A DNA stretch of 64,000 bases from assembly GCF_963921235.1 (NCBI RefSeq), contig NC_086107.1:101124001-101188000 (forward strand). The letters run 5' to 3'. Below, one piece after another: positions 52,935-64,000 of this stretch (positions are counted from its first letter, which is position 1; each line of letters starts with the position of its first letter). The notes beneath the pieces are model-generated. The model was not told the origin of the DNA. It saw only the letters and a list, made by a program, of their open reading frames with translations, and did no database searches. The position numbers and the translations under genes are program-made. Source of the DNA: Mobula hypostoma (taxonomy: Eukaryota).

Positions 52935-53317
52935 CCAGGGTGGAGATACGTTTCTACCAAAGGAGGTGTAAGGCACTCCTTCCCTTGGCTAGCCTGGAGA
53001 TCACCCTTGGTCAAGGTGTAGCACCTGCTGAACTCCCCCCCCCCACCCCGATCAGGGTCACATGAAACCATGGAAGCAGGTGGTGGATGGTCATATGAAC
53101 AGCCAGCACATCACAAGACCTGGTTATGCAACCTCTGATGCCAGGCAGATAATCTCTGAAGAGTATTGATAATGGCTGGGGTCACCTGTCTTGTAAAGAC
53201 ACTGTCCAGAAAAAGGCAATGGTATACCACTTCTGTCGAAAAATATGCCAAGAACAATTGTGGTCAAGACCATGATCGTTCATGTCATATGACACGGCAT
53301 GTAATGATTGAATGAAC
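52935..53317 (+). mobile_element. Probable RTE-related SINE-like element
   Basis: Contains aggcaatgg..accacttctg...tgccaagaa, resembling RTE/BovB-related SINE segments, and a short simple-repeat tail. Confidence 0.4.
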
Positions 53318-54123
53318 ACACAACTTAAGTGAAAATCATTAAAAAAACAGGAGATTCTGGAAACCTAAATGAAAATAGAAATTGCTGGAAATATTCAGCA
53401 GATCAAGTCGCATGTATTATTGGAAGAGAAACAGATAGAACACTTACCCCTTTTCATCAGAACTGATCACAATTGTAAGGAAGGGCCTTCACACAGAAAT
53501 GTTAACTCTGCTTCCCTCTCTGCTTTACTTTCTCTGCTGCTTTAAGCTGTGAAAGAAGTCAGAAAGTGGGAAATGCAGCCCAGCGCACTGCACTGAACAG
53601 AGTAGTGAATGGCCAGGCCTTTTGGTGATTAAAGTTGAGGAAGAGATATTGACCAGGCTACTGGGGGAGATGCCTGTCCTTCAGGTGGAGCTGTGGAGTC
53701 TCTCTTATGTCCATCCAAAAAAGACAGTTGAGTCAGGAATCAGAGTGATACAGCACAAAAACAGGCTCTTTGGCCCATCTCACCCATGCCAATCAAGGTT
53801 CCTTAGCCCCACTTGTACATACCCATCTAAACCTTTCCTATCCACATACTTATTCAAATGTCTTTTAGCACCTGCTTGAAGCACTTTCCCTGGCAGCTCA
53901 TTCCATGTACACACTACGCACTGCACGAAAAAAGTTGCCCCTCCAATCCCTTTTAAATCCTTTCCCCTTCACCTTGTCTCTGGCCTCACACTGTGAAGAA
54001 AATACCTCTTCAGAGGGAGTGGGGGTTTTGATTCCCTCTCCCAATGGGGGGAGAAAAAGAGTGCGTGCATTCAGGAGGTCACAGACTCACTCTGCCGCGC
54101 CCCACAAATGACTGAACTTTGCA

Positions 54124-54312
54124 AACACGAGGAATTCTGCAGATGCTGGAAATTCAAGCAACACACATCAAAGTTGCTGGTGAACGCAGCAGGCCAGGCA
54201 GCATCTCTAGGAAGAGGTGCAGTTGACATCTCGGGCCAAGACCCTTCGTGACTGTACCTCTTCCTAGAGATGCTGCCTGGCCTGCTGCGTTCACCAGCAA
54301 CTTTGATGTGTG
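54124..54312. mobile_element. Fold-back PLE terminal-repeat insertion
   Basis: Inverted arms joined at 54249/54250; 16-bp TSD ATGAC(T/C)GAACTTTGCA at 54108-54123 and 54313-54328. Confidence 0.88.
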
Positions 54313-56018
54313 ATGACCGAACTTTGCATACAGGATCTTGGCGACACTCTCAGTGGGGTACTGTCTCAACCGGAAGATGTTCTGTCTTTACCGCTGCACT
54401 GGGAGCATCCGCAGGCATCTTTCTGTTGCAGATCTCTGGAATTTGGGCTTGGACGCGTGGCATCAAAGCAGGAGCATTCCCATCCTCAGACAAAGGTCCA
54501 TCTCCGAGGATCGTAGTGGAGAGGCTTGCGAGTTCCTGAGGTCCCGAGAGAGATGGCGTCTGGAGTTTACCCATCTCGCGTTTAGCTTCTGGTAGGACCA
54601 CCCGTTGCAGTATGGTCAAGGAGGAGGTTTCAGACAAAGAATGATCCAACTAAGACCTCGTCGGTGGAGCTGGCAGAAGATGGGGACACATCACAACAGC
54701 AGTGGACGGCTGCAGGAGTAAAGGGTCCCCAGTCATCTTGCATTCCATGTCACTGGACCCTGACCCTGATCTGTCAAGGACCATGTGGTGGCGGCTGCCT
54801 GTTTGTCGGTTTCCCCCCATTAAACAAGCAAACACTTGCATTCTCCATTATGGGAATCCACCCTAACGTCCCGGATTTGACAACCCTTTCAGAGAACATC
54901 ATACTCGACTTGAGTGATCACATCAATATTAAGACTGAGGTCAGAGAGACTCTTTCAGATGATGAAGACAGAGAAGGACGTCAGAAGAACAGAGTGTGAA
55001 GCAATAATAACGATCCACTTCCTTGGTCTCAGTTCTGCACAGGAGAGACAAGAAACATCGTACGGCCTCTGCATCTACTGATGGGCGTTGTAAATTAGTG
55101 TCAGTGATGTCTGCACTTCAGGCGTGAAAACCGCAATTGCACATCCAGAGAAGGTGTGAAGAAAATAAATGAGGCTGGCCAAATTAGGAGCCCAAAAAAA
55201 AGCCAGAAACCGCGCCTCCCTCCCCATCAACCTCACGGAAGCACTCCAGTGTGGTGTCTGCACTCAGCTAGGACCTGGCCTCTTCCACTGGTGTTGCACT
55301 TCCCTATTCGAGCGGTGTAACGACAGGCTGGATTGTGCTGTCAGTATCAGTAACAAGGGTCAGTCCACTTACATCTAGCTATTGTAGAGGTTAATTCTTC
55401 TCACTGGGACTTTGTTACCTCTAGACTGAGTGCTGTGTCCATGCTGACCGTCAAGCACCCATTTTTTTACATTAACCTGACCCTAACCCATTTCATCAAC
55501 CCCCTCCCCACCACTCGCTTAAACACACTTGGGTCAATTTACAGTGTCCAGTTAACCTAACGACCGGCACCTTCCTGGGATGTGAGAGGAAAACTGGAAG
55601 ACTGGAGATTGGCAGAGAGAAGGTGCAAACTCCACGTGGACAGCCTGTGTCCTCTACAGTGATGCTGTGAAAAGTCTTATCTCTGGGGTCTTAATGCTTC
55701 AGACACAGGGAGCACTGCCAGCTGGGGACAACTTCTTCAGCATTACAGGAGAGCAACAGAATGCTACTCTAAGTTATTGGCTCGTGTCTCTGAAGCGGGC
55801 CGAGAACCCATGGCCTTGCTCAGAGGGTACAGTATAACCTACTGGTCCCCAATAGCTCATAACTGGTCCCTGTAAATGTCAGTCAGGCCAGTCATAGTTC
55901 AAGACACTGAATATGAAAGACAAACAACAGGAATTCTGCAGATGCTGGAAATTCAAGCAACACACATCAAAGTTGCTGGTGAACGCAGCAGGCCAGGCAG
56001 CATCTGTAGGAAGAGGTG

Positions 56019-56056
56019 CAGTCGACGTTTCAGGCCGAGACCCTTCGTCAGGACTA
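56019..56056 (-). ncRNA. Minimal type I hammerhead ribozyme motif, antisense twin of 56078-56115
   Basis: Exact reverse complement within the 103-bp inverted repeat. Confidence 0.75.
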
Positions 56057-56077
56057 ACTGAAGGAAGCTTCATCAGT

Positions 56078-56115
56078 TAGTCCTGACGAAGGGTCTCGGC
56101 CTGAAACGTCGACTG
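56078..56115 (+). ncRNA. Minimal type I hammerhead ribozyme motif (PLE-associated)
   Basis: UAGUC-CUGACGA-AGG gucucgg CCU-GAAA-CGUC^GACUG. Stem I UAGUC/GACUG, stem II AGG/CCU, intact core, stem III reduced to palindromic ACGU; predicted cut after 56110. Confidence 0.75.
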
Positions 56116-56325
56116 CACCTCTTCCTACAGATGCTGCCTGGCCTGCTGCGTTCACCAGCAACTTTGATGTGTGTTATATGAAAGACAATGTTGTTTTGAT
56201 TTTCACTTGAAATACTTTTAAAAATTAATTGGATGGGTAGATGGATTGGAAGGGTTTAGAGGGATATTGGCCAGATGCTGCCGTGTGTTTGGTCAAATGG
56301 AGAATTCCTGTGCTCTTTGACTCCA

Positions 56326-56889
56326 CACTCAGTAGCCACTTTACTAGACACAGGAGATACATAATCCTGAGTGTATTTCTGCATGCTCATGATCTTCTGT
56401 TGCTGTAGCCCATCCACTTCAAGGTTCGATGTGTTGTGTGTTCGGAGATGCTCTTCCGCACACCACTGTTGATATGTGTGATTATCTGAGTTACTGTCAC
56501 CTTCCTGTCAGCTTGAACCAGTCTGGCCATTCCCCCCGACCGCTCACATTAACAAGGCGTTTGCACCCACAGAACTGCCCCTCACTGGTTTTTTTTGTTT
56601 TTTCACACCATTCTCTATAAACTCTAAAGACTTGTGTGCGAGAAAGCCCAGAGGATCAGCAGTTTCTGAGATGCTCAGACCATCCCATCTGGGACCAATA
56701 ATCATTCCACAGTCAAAGTCACTTAGATTACATCTCTTCCCCATTCTGATGTTTGGTCTGAACAATAACTGAACCTCTTGATCTTGCCTGCATGCTTTTA
56801 TTCATTGAGTTGCTGCCACGTGATTGGCTGATTAGATATTTGCATTAATGAGCAGGCGGTCTGGTAACTAATAAAGTGGCCACTGAGTG
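56326..56889 (-). mobile_element. Internally deleted Tc1 element
   Basis: 22-bp TIRs CACTCAGT(A/G)GCCACTTTA(C/T)TAG; N-terminal HTH remnant MGKRCNLSDFDCGMIIG...LSISETAD (ORF 56544..56765). Confidence 0.85.
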
Positions 56890-57156
56890 TATGATGCCCC
56901 CACCTCCGCACACCCCCCCATCTGATTCCAACTGTCGTTCAACACTCTTTTCTTCTCTAATGGCCCCTATAATGGGTACTCCCAATGAATGCATGCACAC
57001 GACCTCACTCAGTAGCGTAGTGGTTAGCGCAGTGCTGTGCAGTACCAGTGACTAGGGGTTCAATTCCCGCCGCTGCCCACAAGGAGTTTGTATGTTCTCC
57101 CTGTGACTATATGGTTTCCTCCAGGGGCTTTGGTTTCCTTCCATAGTCCAAAGAAA

Positions 57157-57463
57157 AGTGTACAGCCGGCATTTCAGGCCGAAACCCTTCGGCGGGACTG
57201 ACGAGAAAAGGCTGAGGATTAGATTTAAAAGATGGGGGGAGGGGGAGAGAGAAACACAAGGTGATAGGTGAAACCTATCTCCATCCCCTCCCTCCACCAT
57301 TCTGCTTCTCAGCTTTTTTTTCTCCAGTCCTGCTGAAGGGTCTCGGCCCGAAATGTCTGCTTTACTTTTTTCCATGGATGCTGCCTGGCCTGCTGAGTTC
57401 CTCCAGCATTTTGTCTGTGTTGCTCTGGATTTCCAGCATCTGCAGATTATCCCTTGTTTGTGA
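57157..57463. mobile_element. Fold-back PLE terminal-repeat pair with mutated hammerhead cores
   Basis: Minus arm 57157-57275; plus arm includes cagtcCTGCTGAagggtctcggcccGAAAtgtc. Confidence 0.75.
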
Positions 57464-58693
57464 TTAAATTACAGGAGCAGTTGGGCAGACTAGGACTTCA
57501 TTACTCGGTGTTTACGAAACTAAGGGGTGATCTTATAGAGGTATATAAAATCATGAGGGGCATAGATAGGGTGAACGAACTCAGTCTTTTTGCCAGGGCT
57601 GGGGAATGAAGGAATAATGACCTGGATCTGGGCCATCCCCTCCAAATATCCAGACCTGCATCTCGGTTTTTTTGTACTACCTTACTTTCCATTTTTATAT
57701 TTTCTATTTATGATTTATAATTTTAATTTTTAATATTTACTATCGATTTGTAATCCAGAGAGCGGGAAGCGCAGAATCAATTATCGCTATGATGATTGTT
57801 CATTCTAGTATCAATTGTTTGGCAACAATGAAGTATAAAGTATAATGGACATAGGTTCAAGGTGAGAAGGGAGAGATTTAATAAGAATCTGAGGGAGAAC
57901 ATTCCCGTAGAGCGTACTATGTGTATGGAATGAACTGCCCGAGGAGTTGGGGCAGGTACAGTAAGGACATTTAAAAGAAATTTCAGACAGGTACGTAGAT
58001 GGATGAGGTTTAGAGGGATATGGGCCCAAAGCAGGCACATGGGATGGACTGAAGGGCTTGTTTCTGTGCTGTATGAATCTATATTGGCACATTAAAACCA
58101 ATTTATTTTTGCTGTGGTGCAGTGGGGACCAGTAAATTGATGACAACTGTGTTCGAGCCTCCTGTAGAGATCCTAAAATTGACCCAGCTTCAGATGCTGC
58201 CAGTTATAAACAACAGGCATGGCTCCTGTTTCCTGTGTTAGTGGGGTTGTGAACTACTGGGAAGGATTCATTGTGTTCCTCACTTCACTTATTTATTTAT
58301 TTGTTTATTTATTTATGCATTCATTGAGATACATCACAGAATAGACACTGCCCAGTAATCCGGGCCTAATCACGGGACAACCTGATGATACAACTGGGTT
58401 GTGAAACTGTGAAAGCCGTGCTGTCACAGGGAGAAGGTACAAACTCCTTACAGGCAGTGGTGGGAATTGAACCTGGGTCGCCTGTACTGTAAAGCGCTGT
58501 GCTAACCACTATGCTGCCGTGCCTTAACTACAACTTTGGAAGCAGAAGGCTGCTGTTCCAGCCCTCAGTCTCGTTCACCGCTCGCTGTGGCAAATGCCAA
58601 TCCTGCCTTTCAGCCCCTGCCTCGGTTTCTTCTCACTTTGAAATTGATTCTCAGATTCTGCTAGGAAGTCTGTACAAGTCCTAGAAAACCATA

Positions 58694-59535
58694 CAGGCCG
58701 TTCCCGTGTAAGGAATGGGTTCTGTTTCTACAGAGGTGGATAAGATGATTTAATTTATTAAGTCAGAAAGACATGAGGAAAAGCAGTCACTTGAGAGGGT
58801 GCAGAGGAGATTTACAAGGATGTTGCCTGGATTGGGGAGCATGCCTTATTGAGAATACATTGAGTGAACTCGGCCTTTTCTCCTTGGAGCGATGGAGGAT
58901 GAGAGGTGACCTGATAGAGGTGTATAAGATGATGAGAGGCATTGATCGTGTGAATAGTCAGAGGCTTTTTCCCAGGGCTGAAATGGTTGCCACAAGAGGA
59001 CACAGGTTTAAGGTGCTGGAGAGTAGGTACAGAGGAGATGTCACTGGTAAGTTTTTTCACTCAGAGAGTGGTGAGTGCGTGGAATGGGCTGCCGGCAACG
59101 GTGGTGGAGGCGGATACAATAGGGTCTTTTAAGAGACTTTTAGAAAAGTACATGGAGCTTAGTGAAATAGAGGGCTAGAGTTAAGCCTAGGAATTTCTAA
59201 GGTAGGGACATGTTCGGCACTACTCTGTGGGCCGAAGGGCCTGTATTGTGCTGTAGGTTTTCTATGTTTCTATGACAGCAGGGGTTCTTTTTAAGCCGTG
59301 GACCCCCCGGATGGGAACCCCCACTCTAGTGACAACACCTCCACTGTATTGTAATGAAATGTATCAAAAGAGCATCAGACCGATGAGAAAGACTGATTAC
59401 TGAAAGTGGTGGGAGACATGAAACAATGTAGTCTGGCTATCTGTGGGATCAAATGTACACATGAACATTTGGGATTTCATTCATATGTAGGGGTATCCAT
59501 GAGCTGGGTGTGTTGTGTAACCCAGGGACGATCTG
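58694..59535. mobile_element. Old Tigger-like DNA element split by CR1 and hAT MITE insertions
   Basis: TA-flanked imperfect TIRs caggccgttcccgtgtaa / taacccagggacgatctg. Confidence 0.4.
58790..59275 (+). mobile_element. CR1/HER1-type LINE 3' end
   Basis: LGLFSLERWRMRGDLIEVYK...TRGHRFKV; (TTCTATG)-type tail. Confidence 0.85.
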
Positions 59536-59682
59536 TAAGGTTGAGCACACAACTAGCTGAAGGAACTCAGTGGCATCTCTAGAGGAGAATAAGCAGATGA
59601 CATTTCAGGGCCCTCATCAGAATTCAGCAGTTTACTATCTCTCTTCAAGGGTTTGAAGGCTATCTTTTCCCTCAAATTTCAG

Positions 59683-59823
59683 ATCTCCACCCTAAATCAA
59701 CAACTGGATGAAACCAGGAAAGAGCTAGAAACTTTCCGGGAGCAGAGTTTTCAGCTGCAGGGGCAGCTAAACGCATCCGAGGACCTGAAAAAGCAGACGG
59801 CTCCTAAAGGCTTCATCTCTCAG
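59683..59823 (+). CDS. TRIOBP: TRIOBP coiled-coil exon (ISTLNQQLDETRKELE...APKGFISQ)
   Basis: Acceptor ctcaaatttcAG, donor CAG|gtaggg, 141 nt, phase 0/0; ends in a PxG(F/Y)ISQ motif. Confidence 0.88.
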
Positions 59824-60029
59824 GTAGGGGGCTCGCCACCGAGCTGGGAAAGGCTGCGTCCCTTTGCAGACCGGGCAGCGGGGTCAGTAACGGCCAGATT
59901 CGGTCCACGCCTGTGAACCTGTGTTTTCCCCGTCTCCTGCGGCTGAACCCGGCGCAAAATGTGTAACCCCCACACATGAGAGGTAACTCTCAGTTCCAAG
60001 CCACGAGGTCCAGCGTTAAGGAGGGAATC

Positions 60030-60420
60030 ACAAACATGAGCAAATCTGCAGGTGCTGGAAATCCAAAACAACAAGCCCAAAATGCTGGAGGAACTCAGCA
60101 GGTCAGGCAGCATCTATGGAAACAAACAGTCGACATTTCGGGCCGAGACCCTTCATCAGGGCTGTTAAAGAGGGTGCAGGAACAGGGGGAGCTGTCAGTA
60201 TAAAATGCAAATGTCATTAGTAAAGAGCAGACTGCTGGAGGAGTTCAGTGGCTGGGGCAGCATTTATCAAGGGCAGTGTGGGGAGGAGAGGAATTTCAGG
60301 TTGAGACTCTGCATCAGAACCCGAAACATTGGCAGTTCCTTTCCCCCACCGATGCTGCTCGAGCCCATGAGTACCTCCAGCAGTTTCTGTTTTGCTCCAA
60401 ATTCCAGCTTCTGCAGTCTT
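60030..60420. mobile_element. Cluster of PLE terminal-repeat copies
   Basis: Minus copy 60030-60164 plus an older inverted pair at about 60205-60420. Further copies near 12250, 14600, 22601, 30560, 41760, 52400, 53360 and 59550. Confidence 0.7.
60127..60164 (-). ncRNA. Hammerhead motif (slightly decayed)
   Basis: Minus strand CAGCC-CUGAUGA-AGGGucucggCCC-GAAA-UGUC-GACUG. Confidence 0.6.
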
Positions 60421-62808
60421 TGGTGTCGACATATTAACCAGGGACAAGAGGAGGTGAAAAAACAGTGGGGGCTGAAGGTGTATATGTCATTACCTGGAGT
60501 CCAGTCCAGCTGACATGTTGAATCCGAGACCTGGAAAAGATGCTAATCTTTGCAAGTAGTGCAGATTGTTATCAACGATGAAAGATTCGGGTATGTGAGG
60601 AGGCAGGAGACATTTGCATTATTCTTAAATCAGTAAATTGGTTTAAGATTGTCGTATGCACTGAGGTACAGTGGAAGTCCATTCATACAGATCATTTCAT
60701 TGAAACAGTAGTACACGGGAAAACGATAGCAGACTGCAGAATATTAGGGGTGTAGGGGTATAGACCGGGTAAATACAAGCAGGCTTTTACCACGGAGGCT
60801 GGGTGGGACTACAACCAGAGGTCATGGCTTAAGGGTGAAAGGTGAAAAGTTTAAGAGGAACATGAGGGGAAACTTCTTCACTCAGAGGGTCGTGAGAGCG
60901 TGGAATGAGCTGCCAACGAGTCCATGCGAGCTCAATTTCAACATTTAAGAGAAGTTTGGATAGGTACATGGATGGTAGGGGTATGGTCCGGGTGCAGATC
61001 GATGGGAGAGGGTACTTTAAATGGGTTCAACATTGACTAGATGGGCCAAAGGGCCTGTTTCAGTGCTGTACTTCTCTATGACTCTGTAATGTTATAGAGA
61101 AAGTGCAGTGCAGATAGACAAGGTAGTCTCTGAGGTCAAGAGTCCAAGTTATATGAGGGGACTGTTGAATAGTCCTACAGCAGGCAGATGGAAGTTGTCC
61201 TTGATCCTGTTGGTACATGTTTTCATGCTTTTGTATCTCTATCCAGTGGGAGAGGGCAGAAGAAGGAATGTCTGGCGTGGGTGGGATCTTTAGTTTGGTT
61301 GGCTGCTTAAGCAAGGCAGTGAGAAGTGTGGATAGAGTCCATGGCGCTGTGGAGCCCATAGAGATGTATCGAGCTGTGTCCACAACGCTCTGTAGTCTCT
61401 TACAGTCTCGGGCACAGCAGCTGCCATTATAAAGTACAGAGACATAGAACATGGAACCAGTATTTTGGCTTACCAAAGCCATGCTGGACCATCAGCCACT
61501 CATTTACACTAATCCTGCCCAAACCCGTTCTATTCTCACTACCTTCCCATCGATTCCCCCATATTCTCCAACTCACTCGCATACCAGAGGCAATCTACAT
61601 CGGCCAGTTAACCAGGCAGCCTGCGTGTCTTTGGGATGTCGGAGGAAATCGGAGCACCCAGGGGAAACCCAGGCAGTTACAGGGAAGGCATGCAAACTCC
61701 ACACAGAGAGCACCCGAGGTCGGGGCTGAACCGGTTATCGATCTCACTCTGAAGCTGTGCGCCCTGCCACCTTGCGCGAGGTGTTCAGACGCCACGAGCA
61801 TTCTAGTAAGGGGAAAGTGATCCAGGTGGCAGGGAAGGCCAGTAAACCAGGAGTCAGCAACAGCAGGGAATTGGCAAATGAATCAGAGCTGTCACAGGAT
61901 TTTATAAAAAGCACAGATGTGATCATCAGGAACATGCTGTTTTTGAAAGGGCAGCAGTGGCAAAGTTGAACCCACTTCCACTGGCATTTGTAACAAACCA
62001 TGGGTAAAGCACTGGAGTCGAAAGCAAGGATGGTGCTCTCAGCACCAGCTGCTGCTTAAAAACACTATTAATGCACCAAAGAGGTCCCGATGTTTGACGA
62101 TAGAACACAAAGGACAGATAATCCAAAGTTCTGTCATAGATGAAAGAACGACAGAGAGATGCTGAGGTTTAGGAAGGAAGTTGCTGCCCTAGACAGCCCG
62201 AGCAGTCAGAAATGGAGTCAGGTAATTTAGAAGGTTGTGTTAGTGGGTATTACAGAGGAGGGCCATGGAGGACTTTGAAAACGAGGATTTAAAATTGGAG
62301 CATAATGTATGTGGGAACTGGTGACAGTGGGTGAGCACGGGGCAGATGGAAGGGGTCAGGGCTGCTGGTTGCCTCTTCTGTGACATTTTACACCCTCCCC
62401 CGTCCCCTTCCTGGTGACACAGATTGAGGCCGTTCAGTGGCCAGCCTCTTCTGCCATTGTTAGATCAAGGCTGAACTGAATCTGACCCCATCTTCCCATA
62501 ACCCTTCCCCGCACAGATCCATTCATCTCTGTGCTGACGTTTCACTTGCCTCCCAGCTCTGGGGAGGGGGTTGTCAGATTGCCACTCCCCTTTGTGTGAA
62601 GGGCCACGCTCGAATTACATGCTTCTCAGGCTAGACCTCGCCAGAGGAAATGGCTTCCACTTACCCTATCAGCTCAGTGCGAGCACTTCTGTCAAGTCCG
62701 CCCGGGCTCTGGGCCATCACTGCTGATGATTTAACCCTTTCAGGCCTGTGGTGAAATCCTGGCCCGGACTGAGAGAGTTTTCTGATCTCTGGCCCTTTTG
62801 GTGTGCAG

Positions 62809-62956
62809 GCAACCTGCGAGCGAAGCTTTATGGAGATGGAGAAATCCCACCAGAAGGCGATGGAGGAGCTGCAGAGGCAACACCAGCGGGAGTTGGAGAG
62901 GGTCCAGCAGGAGAAAGAGCAGCTGCTGTCTGAGGAAACCAACGCCACAATCGCCG
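62809..62956 (+). CDS. TRIOBP: TRIOBP coiled-coil exon ([49 protein letters not shown])
   Basis: Acceptor ttttggtgtgcAG, donor G|gtacga, 148 nt, phase 0/1; CERS..EME.SHQ..EELQR.H.REL..EET.AT motif of TRIOBP/MPRIP. Confidence 0.93.
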
Positions 62957-64000
62957 GTACGAACAGGGAGGCTTGCAGCTGGTGCTGGTGTGGGGGAAAA
63001 GGAGGGAGAGAGGCTGCATGCGGAAAGTAATCTCCCAGCAGGGCCCCTCCCAAGGGGGTGTCTCCTCCAAGACCCCTATCTTGTTACAACACAGCAGGAG
63101 GGCATTTGGCCCATTTAGTCTGTACCAGCTCTCAGAGCAATCCCACCAGTTCCTTTCACCCTTGTGTTTCCCTATAGCCTATACAATTTGTAAAGTGCAC
63201 TGTTGAAATGTAGCTATGGTGGCTGGGAATTTCAGAATCAGGTTTAATACCACCGGCATTGCAGCAGCAGTACAATGAAATACGTAATAAGAAGGAAAAG
63301 AAAGTGTAAATTATAGTAAGTATATATGTATTAAATTGTTAAAGTACACAAGTAGTGCAACAACTAGAAATGAAAATGTAGTGAGGCAGTGTTCATGGGT
63401 TTATTGTCCATTCAGAAATCAATGTGTTCATTCAGGCTTCTGTACCTTCTTCCTGATGGTAGCAGTGAGAACAGGGTGATGGGGGTCCTTAATGATGGAT
63501 CCCGCCTTTTTGAGGCATCGTCCCTTGAAGGTACCGCATACTGGATAATCTGGTGGCGTATTGTAGAGTAAGGGTTAACCATCGGTCAGGGATGATCATG
63601 TCCTTCTGAGGAAAGGGTCCTGACCCGTTACCTCGGTGAGTTGGTCTGATGATGTGGCTCCTCCGACAGTGAGGCACACCCTTAATGCTAGATCTTCTTC
63701 TTAAGTCTCCAGGGTATTTTGACCCCTCTAAGTATCTCTTAAATGTTATGAGAGTCCACCATCCCTTCAGACAGTGTCCAACAAGTTCCAGATTCCAACC
63801 AGTGGCTAAATTTTTTTAAAAATCCTCTGACCCTGTTGGGGCGTATTCTGGAGTTAGGGTATATAGCAAAGATTAATTTCAACAGCAAGCAATCTTCAGA
63901 TCTGAATGTGGATTGTAGATTGAAGTTAAAATGCAGCTTGGAACAGCAAGTTGCAGACTAGGGGAAAAAATTCCTCTGACCCCTTCTAACTCTCCTACTT

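Larger units (their letters stand above)
55924..56175. mobile_element. Fold-back PLE terminal-repeat insertion, perfect 103-bp inverted arms
   Basis: Arms 55959-56061 and 56073-56175; 13-bp TSD ATATGAAAGACAA at 55911-55923 and 56176-56188. Confidence 0.9.

Noticed and set aside
54432..54999. Possible extra exon or protein-like ORF (…IKTEVRETLSDDED…)
   Set aside because: Phase-0 reading from the 54431 acceptor stops at 54539; no recognisable family or donor.
57010..57075. tRNA-like sequence
   Set aside because: It is the tRNA-derived head of an HE1/V-SINE, followed directly by the V-core; not a tRNA gene.
7690..60164. Selective loss of intact hammerheads on the TRIOBP sense strand
   Set aside because: Sense copies are mutated, truncated or hairpin-locked, but several antisense copies (14640, 30650, 57160) are equally decayed; too few copies to claim a bias.
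29803..62956. Calling the gene MPRIP
   Set aside because: GWMSIL, WIEALRK, DSNKEN and KWQELE.IPLR fit TRIOBP better as recalled; reciprocal BLAST and synteny would confirm.

Overview
Eukaryotic (vertebrate) genomic DNA. The repeat content (HE1/V-SINEs, HER1/CR1-type LINE ends, Rex1/Babar LINEs, very abundant Penelope-derived termini) points to a cartilaginous fish, probably a ray; this is inference. The only host gene I can support is a + strand TRIOBP (TARA; MPRIP paralogue family) segment. Seven phase-compatible GT-AG exons from 29803 to 62956 encode the complete PH domain, the linker and the start of the coiled coil. The gene continues beyond the window and I could not identify its upstream exons. 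The rest is intron filled with decayed mobile elements; nearly all ORFs in the supplied track are spurious or TE remnants. Highlights: (1) a dispersed family of Penelope-like (PLE) terminal repeats carrying minimal type I hammerhead ribozyme motifs, often inserted as fold-back palindromes with target-site duplications, including a perfect 103-bp hairpin with an intact core on each strand; (2) a second, unrelated PLE family with its own hammerhead; (3) a candidate frame-preserving 39-nt TRIOBP microexon at 44139-44177; (4) a Tigger element whose ends look very like mammalian MER2 (possible horizontal transfer); (5) a four-TIR palindromic mariner derivative. All family assignments come from motif recognition, not database searches.
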